From the IMG/VR virus record IMGVR_UViG_3300021076_000041: 36,488 bases of DNA. One strand, given 5' to 3'. A program made the position numbers and the translations under genes. The stretch is from a virus. A model generated the notes under the pieces. That model made no database searches, was not told the DNA's origin, and saw only the letters and a program-made list of their open reading frames with translations. Below, one piece after another: positions 1-9,518 of this stretch (positions within the stretch are counted from its first letter, which is position 1; each line of letters starts with the position of its first letter).

Positions 1-2
1 AT

Positions 3-179
3 CCACTTGATACAGAAACTTGGTACCTTGAAGAAAATTACCCACCCGAAGTTGTTGAAAAATGGTTTGCTAACTTACATCAAGATATCACAATGGGGTA
101 TGTTGAATATTTCAAAAATCAGAAACGATTCTTAATCGAAGCAATTTGGGATTATGAATTTGGCGGTGATAGACAATGA
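3..179 (+). CDS. 3' end of a hypothetical phage protein (partial, left edge)
   Basis: Open frame from window edge: ...DTETWYLEENYPPEVVEKWFANLHQDITMGYVEYFKNQKRFLIEAIWDYEFGGDRQ*. Confidence 0.6.
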   Translation, partial: PLDTETWYLEENYPPEVVEKWFANLHQDITMGYVEYFKNQKRFLIEAIWDYEFGGDRQ

Positions 180-392
180 TGACGCCGGAAGATGAAGTGT
201 TCATAAGATTGAAATATCCAATCTGCGAATTCCACACAAGTGGAATTTCGATCGATTGGGGGCGATTCATATCCGCCTATTGTTGTTGACCGTTGGTGGG
301 GTAGATTTAGTGATAGCGGACGCTGGGATAGTAATCTATATCAGAAATGGTTGATTGAAGAATTGCTGAACTATGAAGAATCAATTTATTGA
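179..392 (+). CDS. small hypothetical protein, one apparent +1 frame break near 260
   Basis: ATG overlaps the upstream TGA. Skipping one G in TGG-G-GGC gives MTPEDEVFIRLKYPICEFHTSGISIDWGDSYPPIVVDRWWGRFSDSGRWDSNLYQKWLIEELLNYEESIY*. Confidence 0.45.
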
Positions 393-396
393 AAAA

Positions 397-422
397 TAAG
401 TGGGATAGAAATATCCCACTTA
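397..422. terminator. Hairpin terminator between convergent genes
   Basis: Perfect 11-bp stem TAAGTGGGATA/TATCCCACTTA with GAAA loop. An A-run on the + strand gives a U-tract for minus-strand transcripts. Confidence 0.75.
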
Positions 423-430
423 CCTCTTAT

Positions 431-1292
431 CTATTCATAAATCCTCAATACCTCAGCCACAATGGGATCTCTTTCGATGTGACAGTTTAAGAATTCAGAA
501 ATGGCGATCATTGAACTCTTCTTTGCTTTCAATCGTTTTACAAAATCAGCAAGCCCGTTCTCTTTCTTATGATCGGTTTGATCCAAGTCACCAGTAATGA
601 ACGCTCTGGTATTCTCACCTAATCTTGTCAGCAATAATTTCATACCCGACGGTAATGCGTTCTGAGATTCGTCGAGAATAATAATAGCGTTTTTGAAAGA
701 TCTACCGGCGCATATACATCAATGATGCCAATTCAATCACACCGGTCATCCATCATCTTTGAAAGTGCTGCCTTGCTATAATATTCTTCGAAAATATCCA
801 TTAATGGTTGAACCCAGGGATCCAATTTCTCATTCAATGTCCCCGGTAAGAAACCGTGATTCTCACCTTCAGCACCGAACTGCAGGTCGGACAATGATAA
901 TCTTTTCTACTTCATTTTCACGCAATGCTTTGATTGCTCGCAATACGCTTAAATATGTCTTACCGAGTTCCTGCTGGGCCTACAGCAAATACTATTCTCA
1001 TATTATCATTCAATAACTGACTTATATATGTCTCCTGTGCTGTATTACGCGGTATAAGGTTTACACGATTTACTGGTGCTCTATCAAATTTAAGAACACT
1101 CGTGCTATGAGTTTCGTGAGGTAAGGCTGCGGCTACGCGGGAATTTTTGCGTGGTTTCAAGGTTATACTCCTTTGGGTTGATTTTGGAATAAGAAGACCA
1201 GTGGCGGTATTTTCTGAGGATGTTTTAGTCTTTCGAACTCGAGGGTCCGACACAGGATGAGCAAAGAATGAATCAATAATTTCATTTGTCAT
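431..1292 (-). CDS. phoH: PhoH-family P-loop ATPase, interrupted by four NNN-C-GGY frame breaks (extra bases at 965, 877, 744, 707)
   Basis: Repaired product: MTNEIIDSFFAHP...VFAVGPAGTGKTYLSVLRAIKALRENEVEKIIIVRPAVGAEGENHGFLPGTLNEKLDPWVQPLMDIFEEYYSKAALSKMMDDG...RSFKDAIIILDESQNALPSGMKLLLTRLGENTRAFITGDLDQTD...; hallmark PhoH motifs. Confidence 0.9.
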
Positions 1293-1341
1293 ACAAGTAT
1301 TTACCATTCTTAGCGAAATTCTTTGTGAACCATACAATATT

Positions 1342-1349
1342 GATAAATA
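1342..1349 (+). promoter_or_regulatory. T4-like late promoter candidate (GATAAATA)
   Basis: GATAAATA ~35 nt upstream of the ATG at 1385; matches the T4 late TATAAATA-type box. Confidence 0.5.
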
Positions 1350-1384
1350 TACTATAGTGAATATCACAAATCAAAAGGTGAAAT

Positions 1385-1994
1385 ATGAATCAAATTGAGT
1401 TAGACAAAATCAAATCAACTCTCATAAATATCTCCAAAGGTAATTCAGTATTGGATACTTTATTAGAATTTGAAAGAACACTGGACAACACAGAGATATT
1501 CTCATATAAGAATTGGGTACTCGGTGAAGTAGTTGACCGGTCCACATATAGGTAGATATTTCTATACTGTGACTTTGATGTTTCCACGAAAACTAATGCC
1601 CGATCCGAATCGGCCGGCTTGAGACTGACCAAAATTGGCGCTACTGTAACATTCAAGAAAAGTATCTTCAAGAAACCAATCAAGGTCGAAGGACCACAAG
1701 ATTGGAAAGATCCTACTTCGAAGAAAGCTAAAATCATAGATCATCCTATTTGGCTCGTGACTATAGATTTACCAATCAAGTATATTACCCAGGGGCTTGA
1801 AGATATTGAGACAATGATTCAGAAAGATCTCGAACAGGCGAATTCGGATATTGTAGATGCTTATCAAGATGAAGGTCAACCTGCTGATGATTCTCAAGAC
1901 TATGATAACGGTGGCCGGTGATTTCGACAATGACTACAGTGATGACACTGGTGATCAACCACCAGCGCCAGTTGACGACCAGGAGCAACAATAA
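1385..1994 (+). CDS. Conserved T4-like phage protein (possible structural/baseplate), four extra-C frame breaks (1538, 1611, 1615, 1916)
   Basis: Repaired product: MNQIELDKIKSTLINISKGNSVLDTLLEFERTLDNTEIFSYKNWVLGEVVDGPHIGRYFYTVTLMFPRKLMPDPNGGLRLTKIGATVTFKKSIFKKPIKVEGPQDWKDPTSKKAKIIDHPIWLVTIDLPIKYITQ...DNGGGDFDNDYSDDTGDQPPAPVDDQEQQ*. Confidence 0.65.
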
Positions 1995-2749
1995 TGAGCC
2001 TCCAGCACAATGATTTGAAAAATACCATTCAACCAATCATTACTCTTGATGATTTCAAACCAAAGGCACGGCAATGATCCCGATGTCATCGTAGTAGCTT
2101 TCTATTTCAATGAAGAAGACCCTGCTAAGGATTTGAACACTTTCATTCAGCGCCGGTTTCATTGACACGCTTGATGTTGAGGTAAGTCCAAACACAGATG
2201 AGGATCGGTCGATATTTGGTCTTCATAGAAATGGGAAGAGACGCCACCTTTCCAAACAAATTCAGAGCATTGATAAAAGATATTGAAAATCTTACAGGTA
2301 AGGTAAAGTGGAAAGTAAGAACCTATCTTTCAAATGATAGAGAATTTGAAATCAATGATCCAGAAATATACAAATTTATCATCCTCGAACCAAAAAAATA
2401 CGTTACCAAGGCAGAATTCAAAATGGATACAATAAAAGAGAGTGTCATCAACTTTTTCAGAACTTCAATGGTGTCAGACTTGACAACCCAAAATAACTAT
2501 GTTACACTAATACAAGGTCATAATAAAATAGTAGCAGAGGTTGTTGATTTTGGTGATTATGATACAGTGATTGGTAGAAATTTCTTATCAGAGTCTGCCT
2601 TCAAACTTACACAAATTCCATATGAGGTAAAGATGTTGGAATCTATGTTAGGTAATTGTGGGGTCACCCCGGTAGATAAATTTCTACTAATTACTCGTGG
2701 TGATGATGTGATGTTGCTAAGAAACACGCATATCAGTTATGGTAGATAA
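1994..2749 (+). CDS. Conserved phage hypothetical protein, three extra-C frame breaks (2069, 2154, 2206)
   Basis: TAATG overlap with previous gene. Repaired product: MSLQHNDLKNTIQPIITLDDFKPKAGNDPDVIVVAFYFNEEDPAKDLNTFIQRGFIDTLDVEVSPNTDEDGRYLVFIEMGRDATFPNKFRALIKDIENLTG... Confidence 0.65.
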
Positions 2750-2782
2750 GAATTAAATATAAAAAAAGAATAGGAGAATAGA

Positions 2783-2998
2783 TTGGCCAAAGAGGAATGT
2801 ATAGTATTAAAAGGTCGTGTCACTGACGCAGCACCCGGAGCAAAATTCAAGGTAAGACTTGAAAACGGGCATTTAATCAATGCTATTATCAGTGGTAAAA
2901 TTCGAAAGAATAATATCCAAATTCTGCTGGATGACGAAGTTGAAATTGAAATGAGTTTATACGACTTGACACTTGGTAGAATAAGTTATCGTTTCTAA
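2783..2998 (+). CDS. infA: Translation initiation factor IF-1 homologue
   Basis: [71 protein letters not shown]; full-length IF-1 OB-fold pattern (ENGH..AxISGKxRKNxIxIL..D.V.vE..YDL..GRI.yR). Confidence 0.9.
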   Translation: MAKEECIVLKGRVTDAAPGAKFKVRLENGHLINAIISGKIRKNNIQILLDDEVEIEMSLYDLTLGRISYRF

Positions 2999-3006
2999 GA
3001 GAAATT

Positions 3007-3828
3007 ATGCCTACACCATCAGACTTTTATAGTATCCTTGGTGTCACCAAAGATTCAACTCAAGATGAGATAAAGAAATCCTATCGAAAGAAGGCGATGG
3101 AATTCCACCCCGATCGTAATAATAATCCGGGTGCCGAAGCCAAATTCAAAGAAGTCAAAGAAGCATATGAAACCCTAAGTGATGAGTCGAAGAAAGGTAT
3201 TTACGATTCGCAAGGGCAGAATACTGGCAATAGAACCACCAGCGGCAATCCATTTGCTAACTGGCATAATTTCTCCGGGTCGCCAGACTTCACAAATGAT
3301 GATTTATCGGATCTATATAATTCGTGGCGTCGTCGAGAAGCCGAAACCGCTCAGCAGAAGAAAACCAAGACAACAATTACAATCACCTTAGAACAAGCAT
3401 ACGGTGGTGTCACAATTCCATTTAACAATGAAGTTCTAAGAGTTCCACCAGGTGTAAGAACTGGTAGCAAATTATTCGTTCAGTCGACAATCATAGACAT
3501 AATTGTTCAACCACATACCAAATTCAAAAGAACGAATGATGATTTATTAGTTGATATCTTTATCTCAGTCTTCGAGTCTGTGTTAGGTATTGATAATGTC
3601 ACTTTAACTCATCTCGATGGTAAAAAATTCCAGTTTAGCATTCCGAAAGGATTACAACATAATCAGGTTATTCGTCTTTCGAAGAAAGGAATGCCAAACC
3701 CAGAGACAAGCCGTTATGGTGATTTAATGGTTCGATGTAATGTAGTAATGCCATCAGGAACACTGACAGCAGAACAGAAAGAGATTTTGGAGAAGTTGTT
3801 TTTAACCAGGAAGTCGATTGACCTTTAA
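3007..3828 (+). CDS. dnaJ: J-domain chaperone (DnaJ/CbpA class B, no Zn-finger)
   Basis: [54 protein letters not shown] with HPD; DnaJ-type C-terminal domain; no CxxCxGxG repeats. Confidence 0.9.
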   Translation: MPTPSDFYSILGVTKDSTQDEIKKSYRKKAMEFHPDRNNNPGAEAKFKEVKEAYETLSDESKKGIYDSQGQNTGNRTTSGNPFANWHNFSGSPDFTNDDLSDLYNSWRRREAETAQQKKTKTTITITLEQAYGGVTIPFNNEVLRVPPGVRTGSKLFVQSTIIDIIVQPHTKFKRTNDDLLVDIFISVFESVLGIDNVTLTHLDGKKFQFSIPKGLQHNQVIRLSKKGMPNPETSRYGDLMVRCNVVMPSGTLTAEQKEILEKLFLTRKSIDL

Positions 3829-3838
3829 GGAAGAAAAA

Positions 3839-6076
3839 ATGAGCAACAAGAGAGTTGATAAGATGGTTGAACGAGCGCTGAATTTGGCGCAAGATAATTG
3901 TCACGAATATGTGACACTGGAACATATTCTGCTGTCATTGCTTTCAGAGAAAGATATCAGTGATCTGCTACTTGGTATCGGTGCGCAGCCAAACAAGATC
4001 AAGAGTGAAATGATAAAGCAACTCGAAGATCCATCAAACAAGAAACCGGAGCATCTTCGCCACCTTCCGGTCAAAAGGACACAGGCAGTTCAAAGAACTT
4101 GGCAACGAGCATTAACTCAAGTATTGGTAAGTAGCCAATCAGAACTTTCACTCGAAGGATTGCTGATCAGTATCCTAAGTGAAGAAGAAAGCCACGCTTG
4201 CTACCAGTTGAAGATAAATGGTGTGACCAGAGAGAAATTGGCTAACTTCCTTAGGAAGCAAATGGAGAAAGGAAAAACACCCGATGAAACATTCCTAAGT
4301 CAGTATTGTCGCAATCTCAATGAAGATAGCAAGAACGGACTTGTCGACCCAGTGATTGGTAGAGAGAAAGAAATCACCGAAATTATTGAAATCGCAGCAA
4401 GAAGAAAGAAAAATAATTCCGTGCTTGTAGGGCACCCGGGTTGCGGGAAGACTGCAGTTTTGGAAGGCCTTGCTAAGAAAATTGTCGACAAAGAAGTGCC
4501 AAAAGCACTACTTGATAAGACAGTTTATAGTCTCGACATTGCTTCCTTACTCGCTGGAACAAAATTCCGTGGTGATTTCGAGGAGCGCCTGAAAGGTGTG
4601 CTAAATGAAATCGAGAAGACAGGAAATATTATTCTGTTCATTGACGAAATCCATATGATTATGGGTGCGGGATCATCTTCCGGTTCCGCAATGGACGCTG
4701 CCAATATGCTGAAGCCATTGTTAGCAAAGGGTAAGTTGATGTGTGTCGGTGCTACCACAGAAGACGAGTATGTCACTCACTTCGAGAAAGACAAGGCATT
4801 GCTACGCAGATTCCAGAAGGTAGATATTCATCCGCCAAGCGTCGAAGATTCTAAGAGAATTCTGAAAGGAATAGAGAAGTATTATGCTGAATTTCACAAA
4901 GTAACATATGAACCCGGAACACTAGATGAATGTGTCGATCTTAGTGTCAGGTATATGAAGAATAAATTCCTACCAGACAAGGCAATTGACATTATGGATA
5001 GTGCCGGTGCAAGAGCAAAACTGGCAGATAAGACAATCGTCGATCAGGATATGATACTACAGGTAGTTTCAAAGGTATCAAAGATTCCACTCAATATGAT
5101 TGATGTCAAAGAAAATACCGCATTGGAGAACTTAGCAGCTAGAGTTAAGAACAAGGTGTTTGGTCAGGACTTGGCAATTGACGCATTGGTTGAAGCAATC
5201 AATATATCAAAGTCAGGATTACGCGAGCCAGGCAAGCCAATTGGTAATTTCCTATTCTTAGGTGCTACGGGTGTGGGGAAAACTTACGTATGTAAGAGAC
5301 TATCCGAAGAACTTGGTGTCAAGTTAGTAAGGTTTGATATGAGTGAATATCAAGAAAGTCACTCAGTGTCAAAACTGATTGGCGCGCCACCAGGCTATGT
5401 TGGATTCGGTGAAGGTAAGATTGGTGATGGATTGTTGATTAGCGAAATTAAAAACAATCCAAACTGTGTGTTGTTGCTTGATGAAATTGAAAAAGCAGCA
5501 CCAGAAATCTATACCATTCTGCTTCAAGTAATGGATGATGGTCGATGCACTTCGAGCAAAGGTGACACGATTGATTTCAGTAATGTAATTTTGATTATGA
5601 CTTCAAATCTTGGTGCTGCTGATTCTGAAAAGAATCGTATTGGATTTGGTCATCAAAATAGCAATACTGACACTGTGGTTGATGAGGCAGTAAAGAAATT
5701 CTTTGCTCCGGAATTTAGAAATCGAATTGATAATATTGTCAAGTTTAATAAATTGACAATGGTAGAAATGTATCTCATTATCAATGCTGAATTTGATAAA
5801 ACCAATCAACTACTTGTTGATAAGAATATCACTGTCAATCTTACCACAGAGGCAAGAGAATGGTTTGCTAAGAATGGTTATGATCCATTGTTTGGTGCGC
5901 GACCATTTAACAGACTGTGGCAGGACAAGGTTAAGAAGCAATTGTCGAAAGAGATATTGTTCGGTTGCCTGAAGAATGGTGGCAGAGCAAATATTACAGT
6001 GAAAGATGATGACATTCTTATCACACCAATTGAGAATGTCATTGCTGATCTTTCAGATATTATTGATTCGCTTTAA
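3839..6076 (+). CDS. clpA: ClpA-like AAA+ unfoldase with N-domain, two AAA modules and an IGF loop
   Basis: VGHPGCGKT and LGATGVGKT Walker A, FIDEIHMIMGAG, LLDEIEKA, FFAPEFRNRIDNIV; IGFGHQN matches the ClpP-docking IGL/IGF loop. Confidence 0.92.
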   Translation: MSNKRVDKMVERALNLAQDNCHEYVTLEHILLSLLSEKDISDLLLGIGAQPNKIKSEMIKQLEDPSNKKPEHLRHLPVKRTQAVQRTWQRALTQVLVSSQSELSLEGLLISILSEEESHACYQLKINGVTREKLANFLRKQMEKGKTPDETFLSQYCRNLNEDSKNGLVDPVIGREKEITEIIEIAARRKKNNSVLVGHPGCGKTAVLEGLAKKIVDKEVPKALLDKTVYSLDIASLLAGTKFRGDFEERLKGVLNEIEKTGNIILFIDEIHMIMGAGSSSGSAMDAANMLKPLLAKGKLMCVGATTEDEYVTHFEKDKALLRRFQKVDIHPPSVEDSKRILKGIEKYYAEFHKVTYEPGTLDECVDLSVRYMKNKFLPDKAIDIMDSAGARAKLADKTIVDQDMILQVVSKVSKIPLNMIDVKENTALENLAARVKNKVFGQDLAIDALVEAINISKSGLREPGKPIGNFLFLGATGVGKTYVCKRLSEELGVKLVRFDMSEYQESHSVSKLIGAPPGYVGFGEGKIGDGLLISEIKNNPNCVLLLDEIEKAAPEIYTILLQVMDDGRCTSSKGDTIDFSNVILIMTSNLGAADSEKNRIGFGHQNSNTDTVVDEAVKKFFAPEFRNRIDNIVKFNKLTMVEMYLIINAEFDKTNQLLVDKNITVNLTTEAREWFAKNGYDPLFGARPFNRLWQDKVKKQLSKEILFGCLKNGGRANITVKDDDILITPIENVIADLSDIIDSL

Positions 6077-6077
6077 T

Positions 6078-6763
6078 TCACTGAATCGCCGGCCAGCTAT
6101 GTTCACGGCCGGCAAATTGGATCAGTGATGACAAGTTGCGGGCCGTGTGAGGTTGGTCGAATCATCAAGTTGTCAGTGTGAATATCTGACTGAAATAGAT
6201 TATTCATTTTAGTCAGATGGTGAATTTCTTTTAATGCCTGTATCAATCGCGGATCCTTAATATTGGAAAATTTACCGTAATGCCAAACTACTATCAAGTA
6301 GCTCCGAAATAGAGACGCAAATGTCGGCTTCCGGTGGCAATGTTTCATCCCAAAGATCCAATCTCATATAGTCACTAAGGTTATCAACCATTCTCTTTCC
6401 AAGTTCTATTAAAACTTCGGAAGAGAAACTATCAAACTTCTGTAATCTCTCGATTCGGTAAGTTGGCCTTACTTCGCCATCTTCGGTTGTTTCTAGATCG
6501 ACATTATACACTCGGGGGAAATATGGATTCTCGGAAGATAATTGTCTATCGGCAATCGCCTTGATATATGTATAGTATGGATCATCTTTAAGGCGGTATT
6601 TCAATTGTTTATCTTTCTTCATTACCATATGCTCGTCGGGATCATTTGAGACCGACGAATACTTACCTAATCCGATCTCATTACTTTGGTCAAGCGGTTC
6701 GTAAGGCTTGACGCCAAATTGTGTGCTGATGATTTCGGATAGTTTCATATCATTATTTATCAT
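6078..6763 (-). CDS. Kinase/phosphotransferase-fold-like phage protein, one extra-C frame break at 6277; stop at 6103 or, if another CGG is skipped, near 6078
   Basis: MINNDMKLSEIISTQFG...VYNVDLETTEDGEVRPTYRIERLQKFDSFSSEVLIELGKRMVDNLSDYMRLDLWDETLPPEADICVSISELLDSSLALGKFSNIKDPRLIQALKEIHHLTKMNNLFQSDIHTDNLMIRPTSHGPQLVITDPIC; HxDN and ITDP resemble the kinase catalytic loop and metal-binding Asp. Confidence 0.55.
6088..6113. terminator. GC-rich hairpin between convergent genes, possible bidirectional terminator
   Basis: GCCGGCC (6088-6094) pairs with GGCCGGC (6107-6113), 12-nt loop, between ClpA and the kinase-like gene; no clear T-tract. Confidence 0.4.
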
Positions 6764-6801
6764 CGCATCAATGCATAACAGATAAATACATATATGCGAA
6801 T

Positions 6802-6809
6802 GATAAATA
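6802..6809 (+). promoter_or_regulatory. T4-like late promoter candidate (GATAAATA; second copy at 6781-6788)
   Basis: Two GATAAATA boxes upstream of the + strand genes starting near 6858. Confidence 0.5.
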
Positions 6810-6857
6810 CAGTAGTGAATCAGGAGAAAGAAAATTTCATTGAATAAATCAGTACTG

Positions 6858-7278
6858 ATGATGGCGAATACTGGCACAGAGTGGAATCTCATCGGCGTTC
6901 CTACACGCGCAGATTCATTCTATGGATACACTGATGGACTTCACACTGTTCAAATTGTGTATCAGAATTTCGTAGGTGGCTTTGGTATTCAAGGAACGCT
7001 TGCCTTAGATCCTAAGCCTGAGGATTGGTTTTGGATCCAACTGAACCCGAACGGTCAATCATTCTATCCATATTTGACATACCCACTCAATCCGTTATAC
7101 CCGACTGGATCAAATGGTGGTGATACAGGATCAATGGCATTTACTTTCATTGGTAATTTTGTGTTTCTGCGAACAGTAATGACAAGAGATTATATCCAAC
7201 CTGGTCCAGGACCCGGTCAATTGACTTGGACTGATTGGATATGGCGGCCAAATTGATAAAGTTCTACTCAGTCTATAA
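6858..7278 (+). CDS. Small virion/structural-like protein; probable extra-C frame break at 7245 (alternative end 7256)
   Basis: MMANTGTEWNLIGVPTRADSFYGYTDGLHTVQIVYQNFVGGFGIQGTLALD...FTFIGNFVFLRTVMTRDYIQPGPGPGQLTWTDWIW; skipping C gives GQIDKVLLSL*, a typical C-terminus for such short phage proteins. Confidence 0.5.
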
Positions 7279-7290
7279 AGGAAGAATAAT

Positions 7291-7940
7291 ATGATTTCTG
7301 GTCAAAATACCATTCTCAACAATTTTGTACCAACCTTTGCTATCAATAATATAATTGGTGGTCAAACATTGGTCTACGATCCAATTAGACAGGCATTTGT
7401 CAATTCATTTCAAGGCGGAAATAATAGAATGAAATCATTCATAACTGTAAATCAAACATTGGTAAGACCGGCGAATACTACTGCTTACGCTGCCTTCTCT
7501 GTTATTTCAAATTCTACGACAACACCGATAGTGATAACCTTTCCATACACGGTAAGTTATCCTGGTGGTTCAGGAATAATTAGTTACTCCGCATTGTCTA
7601 CAAACCAAGTTACAAATCGCGGCGGCTATAGTCTCTTTCTGTTTAATGAACCACCTACACCAATTAATGATGGAAGTCCGTTCGCAATTATGTGGGCATA
7701 TAACAGCACTTTAATTGGTGCTATTCAATATTATCTTGGTACTGAATTTAACGGAGATTCAAGCCCCGGTGATTGTGCTTATTCTATTGACCGGTTTGAG
7801 TATCGAAAACCGGCACTGGCGTCCTACCATTTAACTGTGCTTGTGGATCGCAAGCCATTTATGGAATACTCGTGGGTAGTGGCTTCACCCCAAACAGCGG
7901 TCAGAGTTTCTTTATGTCTTTAACCATCCAAGAAACCTAA
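7291..7940 (+). CDS. Phage structural-like protein; C-terminus ambiguous (7923 unshifted, 7940 if CGGY at 7792 and 7811 are skipped)
   Basis: SD AAAGGAAG; MISGQNTILNNFVPTFAINNIIGGQTLVYDPIRQAFVNSFQGGNNRMKSFITVNQTLVRPANTTAYAAFSVISN... Confidence 0.55.
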
Positions 7941-7963
7941 GAAAGTGAAATCCTTCAGATTTA

Positions 7964-7971
7964 GATAAATA
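7964..7971 (+). promoter_or_regulatory. T4-like late promoter candidate (GATAAATA)
   Basis: GATAAATA upstream of the 8021 ORF. Confidence 0.45.
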
Positions 7972-8020
7972 TATGAAAGGAATACTCCTTTCATAATTCT
8001 TAAATCGGGAGAAATCAGGA

Positions 8021-8197
8021 TGGATCATTCGAAATTCAGTGATGCTGTTGTTGCATTTATCGCAGTTGTATTAAATCTTCATTTGTATCTTCCGGTACTC
8101 AATGAATGTGTGACACTCTTAGTTGGTATTGCTACTTTGATTTATTTCATTCTGAAAATCTATGATCGTTTTCATCCTAAGAAAGACGGTAAATAAG
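8021..8197 (+). CDS. Small membrane protein (58 aa)
   Basis: SD GGGAG; MDHSKFSDAVVAFIAVVLNLHLYLPVLNECVTLLVGIATLIYFILKIYDRFHPKKDGK*. Confidence 0.5.
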
Positions 8198-8202
8198 AAA
8201 AT

Positions 8203-8231
8203 TTGACTTCTGCCAAAAATCCTGCTATACT
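8203..8231 (+). promoter_or_regulatory. Sigma70-type promoter
   Basis: TTGACT-N17-TATACT with extended -10 (TGC). Confidence 0.65.
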
Positions 8232-8263
8232 GTTAAAGATAAATACAATATAGCAGGATTTCT

Positions 8264-8809
8264 ATGAAGACGGTAATATTCACATTTGGAAGATTTGCGC
8301 CACCAACAAAGGCCCATATCAAACTATTCCAGAAAATTATTACTCTTTCAAAAGAATCAAAATCTGATTATAAGATATTTCTGTCACAGACATATAATAG
8401 AAAGACAGATCCGCTAAAATGGAAATTCAAGAGACAGATTATCAAATCGTGTATTCTGAAAATTCACATTTCGAAAGATCTTCGGATCAAAACACCATTT
8501 AATGCCTTAGAGGAACTCTCCAAACAGGGATACAAGAAGGTGATAATGATTGTCGGTAGCGACAGAGTTGAAGAATTTGAGACCAGAATGAATATATATG
8601 CTACAAAATGGGGCATTGAAGAATTTGAGGTAAGGACTTTTGGTAAGAGAGATTCGTCTGCTAAAGGTATTGCTGGTATAAGTTCTTCAAAATTGCGACA
8701 GTTTGTAGTTGATAATGATAAGAAGAAATTCTTCAATGACTTACCTGATCAATTAGATAAGAAATGGAAGAGAAAGATATTTAAGAAATGTAAGAAGAAT
8801 TTGATATAA
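8264..8809 (+). CDS. Cytidylyltransferase-like / NMNAT-like nucleotidyltransferase
   Basis: FTFGRFAPPTKAHIKLFQKI (HxGH-type variant), KVIMIVGSDRVEEF, GISSSKLRQFV motifs. Confidence 0.75.
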   Translation: MKTVIFTFGRFAPPTKAHIKLFQKIITLSKESKSDYKIFLSQTYNRKTDPLKWKFKRQIIKSCILKIHISKDLRIKTPFNALEELSKQGYKKVIMIVGSDRVEEFETRMNIYATKWGIEEFEVRTFGKRDSSAKGIAGISSSKLRQFVVDNDKKKFFNDLPDQLDKKWKRKIFKKCKKNLI

Positions 8810-8819
8810 GGTTCAAGGA

Positions 8820-9408
8820 ATGAAAATCGTCGAATTACTAAGACCGAAAGTATTCAAGGATAATAGCCTATTGTCAAAGGAAGATGCTCTACGAGAATTG
8901 AGTTTGATCTCAAAGAGAATTAATCACTATTCCGACAAATTAAATTCGAAAGATCTCAAATCGAAAGAAAGAAGTTTCTATAAAAAGAATCTCGAAAAGG
9001 ATCTGAAAGCAGTAAAAGAACTAACAGAAAAACTCACCGAAAGTATTATGGTAGAATCAGTTCATAAGATTCCAATGTCTGACAGCGAACTTGAAGAATT
9101 GAAACATCGCCTTGACGGACCAATACCCGCAGAGATTGCTACTATCATATTAGATGATATCCTGATGTCAGATGAATTGACAGATGAATATCAGCAAGTA
9201 GCACAAAGAAATCCTAACCAAGATGTTCGACCAATCGTCATAAAATGGCTCGAGCTCAATATGCCATCTCAAATAAGCAAATTCACTCGGTGCTTCTGAT
9301 CCAGATCACTTGATTCACGGAATATTCTCGCCAATACACGGCTATCCTGTTCCAAACCCACGCAGTTCCACTACTGGCACACCAGGTAATGCTGTAGGCC
9401 GTTTTTAA
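8820..9408 (+). CDS. Conserved phage hypothetical protein, extra-C frame break at 9288
   Basis: Unshifted ORF stops at 9299. Skipping C gives ...NMPSQISKFTGASDPDHLIHGIFSPIHGYPVPNPRSSTTGTPGNAVGRF*. Confidence 0.6.
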
Positions 9409-9440
9409 TTCAATATACAAAGTAAATTCACAATGATTAC

Positions 9441-9470
9441 TTGACATCCGCGTCAAGTATGTGTTATTAT
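9441..9470 (+). promoter_or_regulatory. Sigma70-type promoter
   Basis: TTGACA-N18-TATTAT with upstream TG. Confidence 0.55.
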
Positions 9471-9518
9471 ACAATACAAGCAATAGAGAATCACCCAATT
9501 TATCACAAGGAGAATAAT

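Noticed and set aside
431-2749. Reading the broken PhoH and neighbours as decayed pseudogenes
   Set aside because: There are no in-frame stops apart from those created by single extra bases, all breaks share one signature, and essential genes such as the DNA polymerase show the same.
6088-6113. GCCGGCC...GGCCGGC as a recombination or packaging site
   Set aside because: Its position between convergent genes fits an ordinary terminator or hairpin better, and there is no second copy.
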